64,000 bases of DNA, taken from NCBI GenBank assembly GCA_963719495.1, contig CAVRCI010000013.1, positions 544,001 through 608,000 on the forward strand, in the 5' to 3' direction. This document shows, piece after piece, positions 40,263 to 49,979 of the stretch; positions within the stretch are counted from its first letter, which is position 1; each line of letters begins with the position of its first letter. The position numbers and the translations under genes are program-made. The stretch is from an uncultured Verrucomicrobiae bacterium. GTDB lineage: Bacteria > Verrucomicrobiota > Verrucomicrobiia > Chthoniobacterales > JAATET01. Under the pieces are notes generated by a model. It searched no databases and was not told where the DNA came from. It saw nothing but the letters and a program-made list of their open reading frames with translations.

Positions 40263-40991
40263 TTGAAAACCCCGCTCCGCCTCACCCCGATCGCTCTCGC
40301 GATCGTCGCCAGCTTTATCGCCCTGAACGAGGCACCCGCCGGCACCCTCGTCTCGGTCGACACCCCGGTCGGGTCGATGACCCTCGAACTCGAGGACGAC
40401 GCCAAGCCGAACACCGTCACGAACTTTCTCACCTACCTGAGCGACGGCCGCTACCAGAACCTCTTCTCCCACCGGCTCGACGACAATTTCGTCCTTCAGA
40501 CCGGCGGCTTCACGCTCACCGGCAACCAGATCGCCGCAGTCCCCACCGACGCGCCGATCGCCAGCGAATTCACGGTCGATCCCCGCTTCAGCAACACCTA
40601 CGGCACGATCGCCATGGCCAAGCTCAGCCAAGATCCCGACTCCGCGACTTCGCAGTGGTTCATCAACCTCGCGGACAACCTCTTTCTTGATTCGAGCAAC
40701 GGCGGCTTCACCGTCTTCGGCCGCGTCGTGGCCGGTTTCGACACGTTGGCGAAATTCAACACCGACTTCGTGAATCAAAGCACCGGCGGACAGGGCATCT
40801 ACGACGCCTCGGGCAATCTCGGTCCCGCCTTCGAAGAGCTTCCCCTACTCGCTGGCTCCCTGAATCCGGCGAATTTCATCCGGACCAATCTCGCCGTCGT
40901 CCCCGAGTCCGGCACCCTGCTTCTCGTGACCCTCGCCGCCGGACTCTTGTTCGCCCGTCACGCCGTCAGTCGCCCATCAGCGACTCGATGA
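40263..40991 (+). CDS. Cyclophilin-type PPIase with signal peptide and PEP-CTERM-like tail
   Basis: [11 protein letters not shown]...[23 protein letters not shown] and FTVFGRV; ends VVPESG + hydrophobic stretch + Arg residues. Confidence 0.88.
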   Translation: MKTPLRLTPIALAIVASFIALNEAPAGTLVSVDTPVGSMTLELEDDAKPNTVTNFLTYLSDGRYQNLFSHRLDDNFVLQTGGFTLTGNQIAAVPTDAPIASEFTVDPRFSNTYGTIAMAKLSQDPDSATSQWFINLADNLFLDSSNGGFTVFGRVVAGFDTLAKFNTDFVNQSTGGQGIYDASGNLGPAFEELPLLAGSLNPANFIRTNLAVVPESGTLLLVTLAAGLLFARHAVSRPSATR

Positions 40992-42780
40992 GGATCGTCG
41001 CCAGCTCCTGCGTGGCATCGTCCAGGTCGCCGAGCTTGCGCTTCAGCCCGTTGAGATTCTTCTTCGCGATCTGCGCCCGCACGTCCGCCACCAGCGCCTC
41101 GATCCGCGCCCGGTCCTCGGCTGGCAACTGATCGCCCAGCTGCTCGAACGCCGCGTCCACCGCGGGCAGCATTTCCTCGGCCTTGAGTTTCGTCTCCGTG
41201 AAAAGCCGTTCGTTCATGTCCTCGAACGCGTGTTCCACCGAATCACCGATCATCGCCCCCACCGCGTCGTCCGACACGTCGACCGCGCTCCGGATTTCGA
41301 CCACCTGGTCCCGCCCCGTCGCGACGTCCCGCGCCAGCACGTGGAGAATCCCATCCGCGTCGATCTCGAATTGCACCCCCACCCGCGCCGTCCCCTTCGC
41401 AGCCGGCGTGAATTCCAGGTCGAAATCCCCCAGCCGCCAATTGTCCCGCGCCATCTCCCGCTCGCCCTGCAGCACGGTGATCCGCATCTCCGTCTGATTC
41501 GACACCGCGTTCGTGAACATCTCGCCGCGCTTCGTCGGAATCGTCGTATTCCGCGCGATGATCACGTTCATCAATCCCCCGAAGGTCTCGATCCCCAGCG
41601 AAAGCGGCGTCACGTCCAGCAGCGTCACCTCCCGCACCGAACCCTCCAGGATCCCCGCCTGAATCACCGCGCCGATCGCCACGGCCTCGTCCGGGTTCTG
41701 GGACAAATTCGGCTCCCGCCCGAAAATCTCCGCCACCATCGCCCGCACCAACGGCATCCGCGTCGACCCGCCGACCAGAATCACCTCATCCAAATCCCCA
41801 GTCGCCAAGCCCGCATCCGCCAGCACCCGGCGGCAATGCGCTCGAGTCCGCTCCAGGATCGGCCGCGCCAGCCGCTCCAGCCGATCCCGCGTGAGTTCCA
41901 GCTCGACCCCCGCACCGCCGTTGGCAAACGGCAACCGCACCACCGTCGACTCCACCTCCGAAAGCGCCAACTTCGCCCCCTCCGCAACCTCCAACAATCG
42001 AGCCCGCCAACCAATCCCGCCCTCCGGCCCTCCCGCCCTCTCCCCAGCTTCACCCCCAACTTCCCGCTCGATCCAATCCGCCACCGCCCCGTCGATGTCG
42101 TCCCCGCCCAGCCGCGTGTCCCCGTCCGTCGCCAGCACCTGAAACACCCCGTCCGCCAACTCCAGCACGGAGACGTCAAACGTCCCGCCGCCCAGATCGA
42201 ACACCGCCACCTTCGACCGCTCGCCCAACTTATCGAGGCCGTAGGCCAGGGCCGCCGCCGTCGGTTCGCTCAGAATCCGCTCCACCGTCCAGCCCGCCAG
42301 CTCGCCCGCCCGCTTCGTCGCCGCCCGCTGCGCGTCGTTGAAATACGCCGGCACCGTGATCACCGCCCGATGCACATCTTCGCCGAGCGCCTCCCGGGCC
42401 ACCTCCTTCAAGTGCCGCAACGTCCGCGCCGACACCGCCTCCGGAGCCAGGTGCCGGTCGCCGATCCGGACCCGCGCGGCCCCGCCCTCGCCCGCTTCCA
42501 CCCGGTAGCCCAACCCCGACCAATCCGTCTCCCCACCGCGCGACCCGATCAGCCGCTTCACCGAAGTCACCACCCGCCCGGGCTCCACCCCCCGCATCCG
42601 CAGGGCTCCGCGCCCCACGACGGTCGACCCATCCTCCGCGTAATACACCGCCGAAGGCGTGAGCCGCTTCCCCTCCGAATCCGCCAACAACCCCGGAAAC
42701 CCCGAGTCCATCACCCCAACCAAAGAATTCGTCGTCCCTAAATCAATCCCCGCAATCACAGCCTGCGACCCTCCCACCAA
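40966..42780 (-). CDS. Hsp70 family chaperone (HscA/DnaK-like)
   Basis: [42 protein letters not shown] and [10 protein letters not shown]; a J-domain gene lies upstream on the same strand. Start uncertain. Confidence 0.9.
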   Translation of the reverse strand: MVGGSQAVIAGIDLGTTNSLVGVMDSGFPGLLADSEGKRLTPSAVYYAEDGSTVVGRGALRMRGVEPGRVVTSVKRLIGSRGGETDWSGLGYRVEAGEGGAARVRIGDRHLAPEAVSARTLRHLKEVAREALGEDVHRAVITVPAYFNDAQRAATKRAGELAGWTVERILSEPTAAALAYGLDKLGERSKVAVFDLGGGTFDVSVLELADGVFQVLATDGDTRLGGDDIDGAVADWIEREVGGEAGERAGGPEGGIGWRARLLEVAEGAKLALSEVESTVVRLPFANGGAGVELELTRDRLERLARPILERTRAHCRRVLADAGLATGDLDEVILVGGSTRMPLVRAMVAEIFGREPNLSQNPDEAVAIGAVIQAGILEGSVREVTLLDVTPLSLGIETFGGLMNVIIARNTTIPTKRGEMFTNAVSNQTEMRITVLQGEREMARDNWRLGDFDLEFTPAAKGTARVGVQFEIDADGILHVLARDVATGRDQVVEIRSAVDVSDDAVGAMIGDSVEHAFEDMNERLFTETKLKAEEMLPAVDAAFEQLGDQLPAEDRARIEALVADVRAQIAKKNLNGLKRKLGDLDDATQELATILIESLMGD

Positions 42781-42859
42781 AAGAAAGCCACTTCAAGGAG
42801 CGGAGGCTTCCAGCCGCCGAAGTTTTGGGTCATGGAACAGGTGCCGATTTTTCCAAGTC

Positions 42860-44026
42860 ATGCGAATTCACCCACCCATCGCAATCGCCGCCGCGCTGCT
42901 GACTGGATTCGGCATCATGGTGGCCCCCGTCCGCGCGCTGACCCGCACGGGCGACATCATCGGCTATTCCATCAACGCCGAAAGCCAGCTTTTTCGCTTC
43001 CAGACCTCGGGAGCGTTCGAGCCGGCTCCGGTCGGTGCTCCGCTCGGCTCCGGCCCCCGCGCCATCACAACCGGACGGGCCGGGCTTTTTTTCGCCGTCG
43101 AGATCGGACCCATCGCCGCGCAACTCTTCACCATCGACCCCGGCTCGGGAGCGCGAACCAACGCCCCACGCTCCGTCGCCGCCGCCACGGACGACCCCCG
43201 GCCCTCCGACCTCGACGCCACCTCTTCGGGGTTCGGCCTGGTTTTCCTTCCCGGTTTGGGGAGCCGCGACGAGCCCGACACGTATCGCCTCGTCAGTTCC
43301 AATGCAACGAACCTCCGGATCTCTGCCGACGGGAGCCTTCTCGCGCACGACAGCGACCTCACCTACCTCGACGGCACTCCCGGCCCGCCGGAGATCGTCG
43401 CCGCCACGTTCGACCGGCAACCTCACCCCGGGCCCGCCACGTTCTACGGTCTCGACGCCGCCAACGACACGCTCGTCACGTCCGCCGACCCCGGCCAGGG
43501 CGGCCTCCGCGCCGTCGGCCCACTCGGCCTCGACATCTCCGGCCCAGCCGGGATGGCGATTCATCGGGATATCGTCAACCAGCTCTCCGCCTACGCCACC
43601 GTCACCGTCGATCGGGGCGCCACCTACTCGCTCCGCCGCGTGAATCTCGAGACGGGCGCTCTCTCGGAGCCCATCGCGACGTTCCCGGCAGGCTTCGAAC
43701 CGATCGGAGGTCTCGCGCTCCTGGAAGAATTCGGACCCGTGCCCGACTTCATCCCGCCCTCCGTCACGCTCGATCTGAAGAAGGAGACCAAAACGGTCGG
43801 CCCACACCGCAAGACCTTCCGCCTCCGCGGAAATGCCTTCGACGGTGGCGGCGGCGTCCGAGTCCTCGTCCAGGAACGAGGGAGAAAATTCCGCCCCGCG
43901 CGCGGCAACTTCCGTTGGACTTACCGCCTCCGTCTCCGGCCCGGTCGCAATTCCGTCCGCGTCATCGCCATCGACGCCGCCGGCAACCGTTCACGCCCGG
44001 TCCGCGTCACGATCATCCGCCGCTGA
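42860..44026 (+). CDS. Secreted DUF4394-like beta-propeller protein with a basic Ig-like C-terminal domain
   Basis: Signal peptide; RLVSSNATNLRI, AAT, YGLDAANDTL and VGPLGLDI; ends DAAGNRS..VTIIRR. Paralogous to the next gene. Confidence 0.75.
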   Translation: MRIHPPIAIAAALLTGFGIMVAPVRALTRTGDIIGYSINAESQLFRFQTSGAFEPAPVGAPLGSGPRAITTGRAGLFFAVEIGPIAAQLFTIDPGSGARTNAPRSVAAATDDPRPSDLDATSSGFGLVFLPGLGSRDEPDTYRLVSSNATNLRISADGSLLAHDSDLTYLDGTPGPPEIVAATFDRQPHPGPATFYGLDAANDTLVTSADPGQGGLRAVGPLGLDISGPAGMAIHRDIVNQLSAYATVTVDRGATYSLRRVNLETGALSEPIATFPAGFEPIGGLALLEEFGPVPDFIPPSVTLDLKKETKTVGPHRKTFRLRGNAFDGGGGVRVLVQERGRKFRPARGNFRWTYRLRLRPGRNSVRVIAIDAAGNRSRPVRVTIIRR

Positions 44027-44213
44027 GCGGCAGGAAACGGGAAAACAGGCATCCTGCCGGTCGTGCCGGGCATCCCGCACCACGCGCGAAGCGCCATTCC
44101 CGCCGCGCACCCTCCCGGAGAATAATCCGAAAAAGTTTCATCCAAAACTGATCCACGCGACGAACAACGGCGCAAGGCGGCCCTCAACCACACCTAGAAC
44201 CCACCAAACCAAG

Positions 44214-46244
44214 ATGAAAAACCACCTCACCCTCCTCACCCTCGGCGCGGCGATCCTCGCGATCGCGGCGACCCGGCAGGCCGAAGCCCGGCCCTACGGC
44301 TACGCTTACACCGCGCAAGGTCAGCTGTTCTCGTTCGATTTGACCAATCCCTCCAGCGTGAATCCGATCGGCAGTCCGGTCGGCTCGACCGTCAAGGGTA
44401 TCGACGTCCGTCCCGGCACCTCGACGCTCTACGCCGTCGACATCAATGGCCCCACCTCCCAGGTCCAGATCTACACCGTCAATCCCGTCACCGGCGTCCG
44501 CACGCCCGTCGGAGCCGCCATCCCGACCACCGGGACCGCGGACAACGGTGCCGCGTATTCCATCGACGCCGCCTCGCCCGGCTACGGATTCAACTTCAAT
44601 CCCGTCACGCTCCAGGGCGACGGCAGCAGCCGCTTCCGCCTCGTCGACGCCGCCGGTAACAACTACCGATTCAATTCCTCGACCGGCACCGTCGCCACCG
44701 TCGACGGCAACGTCGCCTACAACGATGGCACGGCCACGCCGCCAGCCCTCGGAGCCGCCGCTTACACGAACTCCGACGTCGAACGAGCCGGCCCCGCCAT
44801 CGCGCCCACCGCGCTCTACTACCTCGACGCCGCCAACGACGTCGTCGCCATCTCCGACGATCCGAACGCCGGGACCATCCAGAACGCCGGTCCCCTCGGG
44901 ATCGACATCAGCACCGTCGTCGGCATGGAAATCTACTCGCCACCCGGCAACGTCGCCGCGGGTGGAGGAGCCAATTTCACCTACATCGTGACGACCGAAG
45001 ACAACGGTGCCACCTACCAGCTTCGCACGATCCCGAGTATCGGGATGAGCGCGGGGACCGCATCCGCCTCGTTCGGCAATTTTCCTGCCGGCTTCGAGCC
45101 CGTCGGAGGTTTCGCCATCATCGACGCTCCCGAGCTCACCCCGCCGGCCGCCGCGGTCGGCTACGGCTACAACGCCGCGGGCCAGCTCTTCTCCTTCCCA
45201 CTCACCGACCCCTCGACCGTCACTCCGATCGGCGCCGCTTCCGAGCTCACCGTCAAGGGACTCGACTTCCGCCCCGGCACCGATGGCCTCTACTCCATCG
45301 CGGTCGGCGCGACCACGAGCCAGCTCTCACTCGTGAACATCAACACCGGCGGTGTGATCGCGATCGGCGCGGCCTTCCCAAACACCGACCCACCGGTGCT
45401 CGGCACGAACTACAACATCACCGCCGCCTCGCAGTTCGGGTTCGACTTCAACCCCACCACCCTGCAAACCGACGGCAGCATCCGCATCCGACTCATCGAT
45501 GACAACGGAACCAACCTCCGATTGAACTCCAACACCGGCGCGGTCGCCAGCGTCGATGGCGACATCAACATCGGCGGCGTCACCGTCACCGGAGTCACCG
45601 GAGCGGCCTACACGAACAGCGACACCTCCCGCATGGGAGCCGCCACCACCCCGACGCGGCTTTACTACCTCGACGCCGCCGCCGACCGATTGCTGACGTC
45701 CCCCGCCGCCAACGCGGGCACGTCGGAAGTCGTCGGACCCATCGGCGCGGACGTCGCTCCAAACACCGCCTTCGACATCCTGTCGTTCAGCGGATTCAAC
45801 GTCGGCTACGCCGCCGTCGAACTCGGAGGCGGCACCTACACGCTCCACAACGTCGATCTCCAGACCGGCGCCGCTGGTCCGGCCATCGGAACGTTCCCGT
45901 CCGGCTTCACTCCGGTCAACGGGTTCTCGACCTACATCGTGCCGGCCGCCGGAGTCGCGGACACCACGGCACCGCGCGTGGCCGCCGCTCGCAGCCTTCG
46001 GAGCAAGACGATCCGAAGCGAACGTCGCCGGATCACCCTCCGCGGCACCGCCATCGACGACACGGCCGTCACCCAGGTCGCGATCTTCGAGCGCGGCAAC
46101 CGCAACTCCCGCGTGGCCAACGGCACCCGGTTCTGGAAGAAGAGCGTCCGGCTTGACAACCGACGCAACGTCTTCCGCGTGATCGCCTTCGACGCGGCCG
46201 GCAACATCTCCCGCGCCGAGAAGATTGTCATCCGCCGCCGATAA
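44214..46244 (+). CDS. Secreted protein with two tandem DUF4394-like domains and a basic Ig-like C-terminal domain
   Basis: Twice repeated GQLFSF.LT.PS / KG.D.RPGT..LY / GF.FNP.TLQ.DGS / GAAAYTNSD-GAAYTNSD / LYYLDAA; ends DAAGNISRAEKIVIRRR. Confidence 0.82.
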   Translation: MKNHLTLLTLGAAILAIAATRQAEARPYGYAYTAQGQLFSFDLTNPSSVNPIGSPVGSTVKGIDVRPGTSTLYAVDINGPTSQVQIYTVNPVTGVRTPVGAAIPTTGTADNGAAYSIDAASPGYGFNFNPVTLQGDGSSRFRLVDAAGNNYRFNSSTGTVATVDGNVAYNDGTATPPALGAAAYTNSDVERAGPAIAPTALYYLDAANDVVAISDDPNAGTIQNAGPLGIDISTVVGMEIYSPPGNVAAGGGANFTYIVTTEDNGATYQLRTIPSIGMSAGTASASFGNFPAGFEPVGGFAIIDAPELTPPAAAVGYGYNAAGQLFSFPLTDPSTVTPIGAASELTVKGLDFRPGTDGLYSIAVGATTSQLSLVNINTGGVIAIGAAFPNTDPPVLGTNYNITAASQFGFDFNPTTLQTDGSIRIRLIDDNGTNLRLNSNTGAVASVDGDINIGGVTVTGVTGAAYTNSDTSRMGAATTPTRLYYLDAAADRLLTSPAANAGTSEVVGPIGADVAPNTAFDILSFSGFNVGYAAVELGGGTYTLHNVDLQTGAAGPAIGTFPSGFTPVNGFSTYIVPAAGVADTTAPRVAAARSLRSKTIRSERRRITLRGTAIDDTAVTQVAIFERGNRNSRVANGTRFWKKSVRLDNRRNVFRVIAFDAAGNISRAEKIVIRRR

Positions 46245-46277
46245 TCCGACCGGCCGCTCCCCCAGCGGTCTCAGTGG

Positions 46278-46313
46278 AAATCCGCCACCCGGGCAACCGG
46301 GTGGCGGATTTTT
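46278..46313 (+). terminator. Rho-independent terminator
   Basis: aaatccgccacccgg-gcaa-ccgggtggcggattttt between convergent genes. Confidence 0.85.
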
Positions 46314-46410
46314 CGCGTCCGCTTCCAACCAATCCGGAGTTCGGTAACCGACTCGCTGTGCGAGCCGCCTGCCAGAACTCCCGCGATCCCACTTGCCGCC
46401 CGAGAACGGC

Positions 46411-46953
46411 TCAACCTCGCAACCGCAATTTCTGTTCGTCCACTTGCCGCGACCACCGCGTCAACCGATCGAATCGCCCGGCAAGCAACGCCAATTCCGC
46501 TTCCGAAATGTCCGGCCACCGTCCGTCCAGATCTCGCAGCTCGATCTCGACACCCTCCATCCGCAGTTCCACCGCCGTCCGCACGAGATCCAGTCCCGCC
46601 CCGTGCCGGGCCACCTCCCTCGCCAACAGCGCCCGGGCCAGCGGCTGACGGGCCTCGTCGACCCGGCGAACCAGATCCAGTCCCTTCCGCAGCACGTCTC
46701 CAACCCGCAGGAACAAATCCGCGTCCGTCACCGTGGTCTCCCGGCCCGCCCCACCCGCCAGCGCCCGCAGTCGCGACCCCACCCCCCGCACGGTTTCGTA
46801 TGCCCCGGTCAGCTCGAGAAAAGCTCCCGCGTCCCCGCCCGACGAATCCGGATGCAGGCATCTCGCCCGCTCTCGATACGCCCGCTGAATCACCGCCGCG
46901 TCCAGCACCGGCCGCCGCTCGACACCCAGAATTTCGAACGCATCGCGACTCAT
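46411..46953 (-). CDS. J-domain co-chaperone (HscB-like)
   Basis: MSRDAFEILG...AYRERARCLHPD...AYETV; helical C-terminal domain. Confidence 0.75.
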   Translation of the reverse strand: MSRDAFEILGVERRPVLDAAVIQRAYRERARCLHPDSSGGDAGAFLELTGAYETVRGVGSRLRALAGGAGRETTVTDADLFLRVGDVLRKGLDLVRRVDEARQPLARALLAREVARHGAGLDLVRTAVELRMEGVEIELRDLDGRWPDISEAELALLAGRFDRLTRWSRQVDEQKLRLRG

Positions 46954-47120
46954 CTCGCGGCCATCATCCGCGACCAGCCGCCCACCGGCCAGCGCGAAGC
47001 CTGCCCCCACCAGACCCGCGGCAAATTCCGCGCCTTCCCGCGGCCGGTCCCGACCTCCCCGATCTCCAAATCCCACCTCGACATCCCCCTTCGCCGTCCC
47101 CATACCTAAACGTTCCATTT

Positions 47121-48362
47121 ATGTCATTCGAAGAATTAGGACTTCCCGATCAAGTCCTCCACGGCGTCCAGCGACTCGGCTACGTCGATCCCAGCCCCAT
47201 TCAAGCCCAGGGCATCCCCGTCGCCCTCGCGGGTCGCGACCTCATCGCCTCCGCCCAGACCGGCACCGGCAAGACCGCCGCCTTCGGCCTTCCCATTCTC
47301 AGCAAACTCGGCGACCCCAAAGGCTACCCACGCTGCCTTATCCTCGAGCCCACCCGCGAGCTCGCCCTCCAGGTCGACGACGCCTTCCGTGATTTCGCCC
47401 ACTTCACTCACCTTGAAGTCACCGTCCTCTACGGCGGCGTCGGCTACGGCAAGCAACGCGAAGACCTCGAGCGCGGTTGCGACATCCTCTGCGCCACCCC
47501 CGGCCGTCTCCTCGACCTCATGCAGCAGGGCGACGTCGACCTGAGCCGCGTCGAATTCCTCGTTCTCGACGAAGTCGACCGGATGCTCGACATGGGCTTC
47601 CTCCCCGACGTCCGCCGCATCATCGAGAAGTGCCCGAAGGAACGTCAGACGCTCCTCTTCTCCGCCACCATCCCGCCCGAGATCGAGGGCCTTTCACAGT
47701 GGTGCCTCCGCGACCCGGAGAAGGTCAGCATCGGAGCCCGCCGGTCACCGGCCGAGACCGTCAACCACGCGATCTACCCCGTCGCCGCCGACCAGAAGTT
47801 CGACCTCCTCCTCGCGATCCTCGAAGCGACGCACTACCACAGCGTCCTCGTTTTCTCCCGCACCAAGGACGGAGCCGATCGCATCGCTCGCCGCCTCACC
47901 GACGAGAAACACACCGTCGCCGTCCTCCACTCGAACCGCTCGCAAAGCGAACGCGTCGACGCCCTCGACGGCTTCAAGTCCGGCAAATACGAGGTCATGG
48001 TGGCGACGGACATCGCCGCCCGCGGCATCGACATTTCCACGATCTCCCACGTCATCAACTACGACGTCCCGCAGCACCCCGAGGATTACGTGCATCGCAT
48101 CGGCCGCACCGGCCGCGCCTCGACCGAGGGCGACGCGTTCACGATCATGACCGCCGAAGAGCTTCCGCACGTGCAGGACATCGAGCGCTTCATCGACCAG
48201 AAGGTCGAGCGCAAGAAACTCGACGGCTTCACCTACAAATACTCCGCCGTCTTCGACGAAGCCCGCGTCACCGCCGTCCTCAAGGGTGCCAAAGGCGTCC
48301 GCACCCACAAGGGCATGCGCTTCGGCGGCAGCGGAAGTCGCGGCGGCAAGCGCGGCCGCTGA
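47121..48362 (+). CDS. DEAD-box RNA helicase (RhlE-like)
   Basis: PSPIQ, AQTGTGKT, PTRELA, DEVDRMLDMGF, SAT, ARGID and HRIGRTGR. Confidence 0.95.
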   Translation: MSFEELGLPDQVLHGVQRLGYVDPSPIQAQGIPVALAGRDLIASAQTGTGKTAAFGLPILSKLGDPKGYPRCLILEPTRELALQVDDAFRDFAHFTHLEVTVLYGGVGYGKQREDLERGCDILCATPGRLLDLMQQGDVDLSRVEFLVLDEVDRMLDMGFLPDVRRIIEKCPKERQTLLFSATIPPEIEGLSQWCLRDPEKVSIGARRSPAETVNHAIYPVAADQKFDLLLAILEATHYHSVLVFSRTKDGADRIARRLTDEKHTVAVLHSNRSQSERVDALDGFKSGKYEVMVATDIAARGIDISTISHVINYDVPQHPEDYVHRIGRTGRASTEGDAFTIMTAEELPHVQDIERFIDQKVERKKLDGFTYKYSAVFDEARVTAVLKGAKGVRTHKGMRFGGSGSRGGKRGR

Positions 48363-48390
48363 TCCCCGCGCCGTCCTTGGGCACCGCATC

Positions 48391-48441
48391 GTAGCGCAAG
48401 CTTCCAGCTTGCCCGGATGCATTCCCGCAAGCTGGAAGCTT
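48391..48441. repeat. GTAG-led REP-like inverted pair
   Basis: gtagcgcaagcttccagcttgc ... gcaagctggaagct. Confidence 0.65.
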
Positions 48442-48505
48442 TCGTTGCCAGATCAAGCCGCCGACCGCTCTTGCAATTCGCAGCCGCCGTGAGAAGTTTG
48501 CCGCC

Positions 48506-49234
48506 ATGTTCGCACGTATCCTCATCATTATCGTCGGTGCCATGTTCTGCGCCCCGCTCCACGCCGCATCGGAGATGCGCACCTGGACCAGCAAGGACGG
48601 CACCGCCACCCTCGAGGCCAAATTCCACAAACTCGAGGGTGAACGCATCACCTTCATCCTGCCAAACGGTCGTTCGCAATACGTCCAGACCAGCTTCCTG
48701 AGCGACGACGATCTCGCGTGGATCCAGCGGGAAAACTCCGCCGAGACAGCCGGCCCATCCGGCGTCCCGGCGACCGCCACGATCCCAGCCGCGCTCGAGG
48801 GCAACCTCATCGACGACCGGGGGAATGCCGCGTCCATCCTCGCCGCCGACGGCAGCGCGCCGAAACATTACCTCTTCTACTACTCCGCCTCCTGGTGCGG
48901 ACCCTGCGTTTCCTTCACTCCGACTCTCGTCAAATTCCACCGCAAGATGAAGGCGCGCAACGCGTCGTTCGAAGTCATCCTCGTCCCGAGTGACAGGACC
49001 CGCGAAGACGAAATCGCCTACCTCAAGGATCACCGCATGCCCTGGCCCGGCGTCGACCTCGACAAACGAACCCGCAACCTCCCCGGCAACACCACCGGCG
49101 GCATCCCGTCCATGGTTCTCACCGATGCCGAAGGGAACCGCGTGCTCGAAGTCGGCGGTTCTCTGAACCGCAACGATTTCCTCGACGAGGCCGAAGCTCT
49201 CCTCACGAAGAAAGACGACGTCGCTTCCAGGTAA
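48506..49234 (+). CDS. Secreted SHD1 + thioredoxin-like (nucleoredoxin/tryparedoxin-type) protein
   Basis: RTWTSKDG...LSDDDLAWI (SHD1); YYSASWCGPC..FTP and FEVILVPSD. Confidence 0.85.
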   Translation: MFARILIIIVGAMFCAPLHAASEMRTWTSKDGTATLEAKFHKLEGERITFILPNGRSQYVQTSFLSDDDLAWIQRENSAETAGPSGVPATATIPAALEGNLIDDRGNAASILAADGSAPKHYLFYYSASWCGPCVSFTPTLVKFHRKMKARNASFEVILVPSDRTREDEIAYLKDHRMPWPGVDLDKRTRNLPGNTTGGIPSMVLTDAEGNRVLEVGGSLNRNDFLDEAEALLTKKDDVASR

Positions 49235-49333
49235 GCGAGCGTCGCCGCCCGCCAACCCGGCACCGCCCGCCGCCTCGCGCCGAGCGGGAATTCCACCTTT
49301 CGCCCCACGCACAACTGGGATTGAAATGCAGCC

Positions 49334-49744
49334 ATGATCGAAATTTCCCTCCGCTACACCGGCCAGCTCCGCTGCGAAGCCATCCACGGCCCATCGGATT
49401 CCCGCATCGCGACGGACGCTCCAACCGACAACCACGGTCGCGGAGAAACGTTTTCGCCCACCGATCTCTGCGCCACGTCGCTCGGCGCGTGCATGATGAC
49501 CATCATGGGCATCGTCGCGCAGGGACACGACCTCGATCTCGCCGGGACAACGTTCGTCGTCCGCAAGCACATGACCCCGGCCGCAACCCGCCGGATCGCG
49601 AAGATCGAAGTCGAATTCGACCTCCCGCTCCCCGAGACCCTCCCGCAGCGCGAAGCCTTGGAGCAAGCCGCGCACACCTGCCCGGTCGCCCTCAGCCTCC
49701 ATCCCGAAATCGAGAAAGTCGTGACTTTCCGCTGGAACGGATAG
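49334..49744 (+). CDS. OsmC family protein
   Basis: TDAPTDNHGRGETFSPTDL, SLGACM and HTCPVALSL. Confidence 0.9.
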   Translation: MIEISLRYTGQLRCEAIHGPSDSRIATDAPTDNHGRGETFSPTDLCATSLGACMMTIMGIVAQGHDLDLAGTTFVVRKHMTPAATRRIAKIEVEFDLPLPETLPQREALEQAAHTCPVALSLHPEIEKVVTFRWNG

Positions 49745-49771
49745 CGTCCCAACCGGATCGCCCCCCCCGAG

Positions 49772-49935
49772 GGTAGGGCAGCCGCGCCGCCGGCTGCCCA
49801 CTTCTGGTCACCCGTTGCGTCGTCCCCACCAGCGCGTCCCCAATACTCCGAGAACCGTGCCGCAGGACCACACTCGATTGACGCCCGGACGCCCCGCAAG
49901 ACAGTCACGGCACCCGCAGCGCGGCTTGCCCTACC
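49772..49935. repeat. Inverted pair of GGTAGGGCAGCCGCGC REP-like units (REPIN-like)
   Basis: 49772-49799 forward, 49908-49935 reverse; a third copy lies at 55419-55445. Confidence 0.75.
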
Positions 49936-49979
49936 AACGTCTCCGAGGACGGAGCGGAGGGTGCCGCTTGGCCGCCCGC

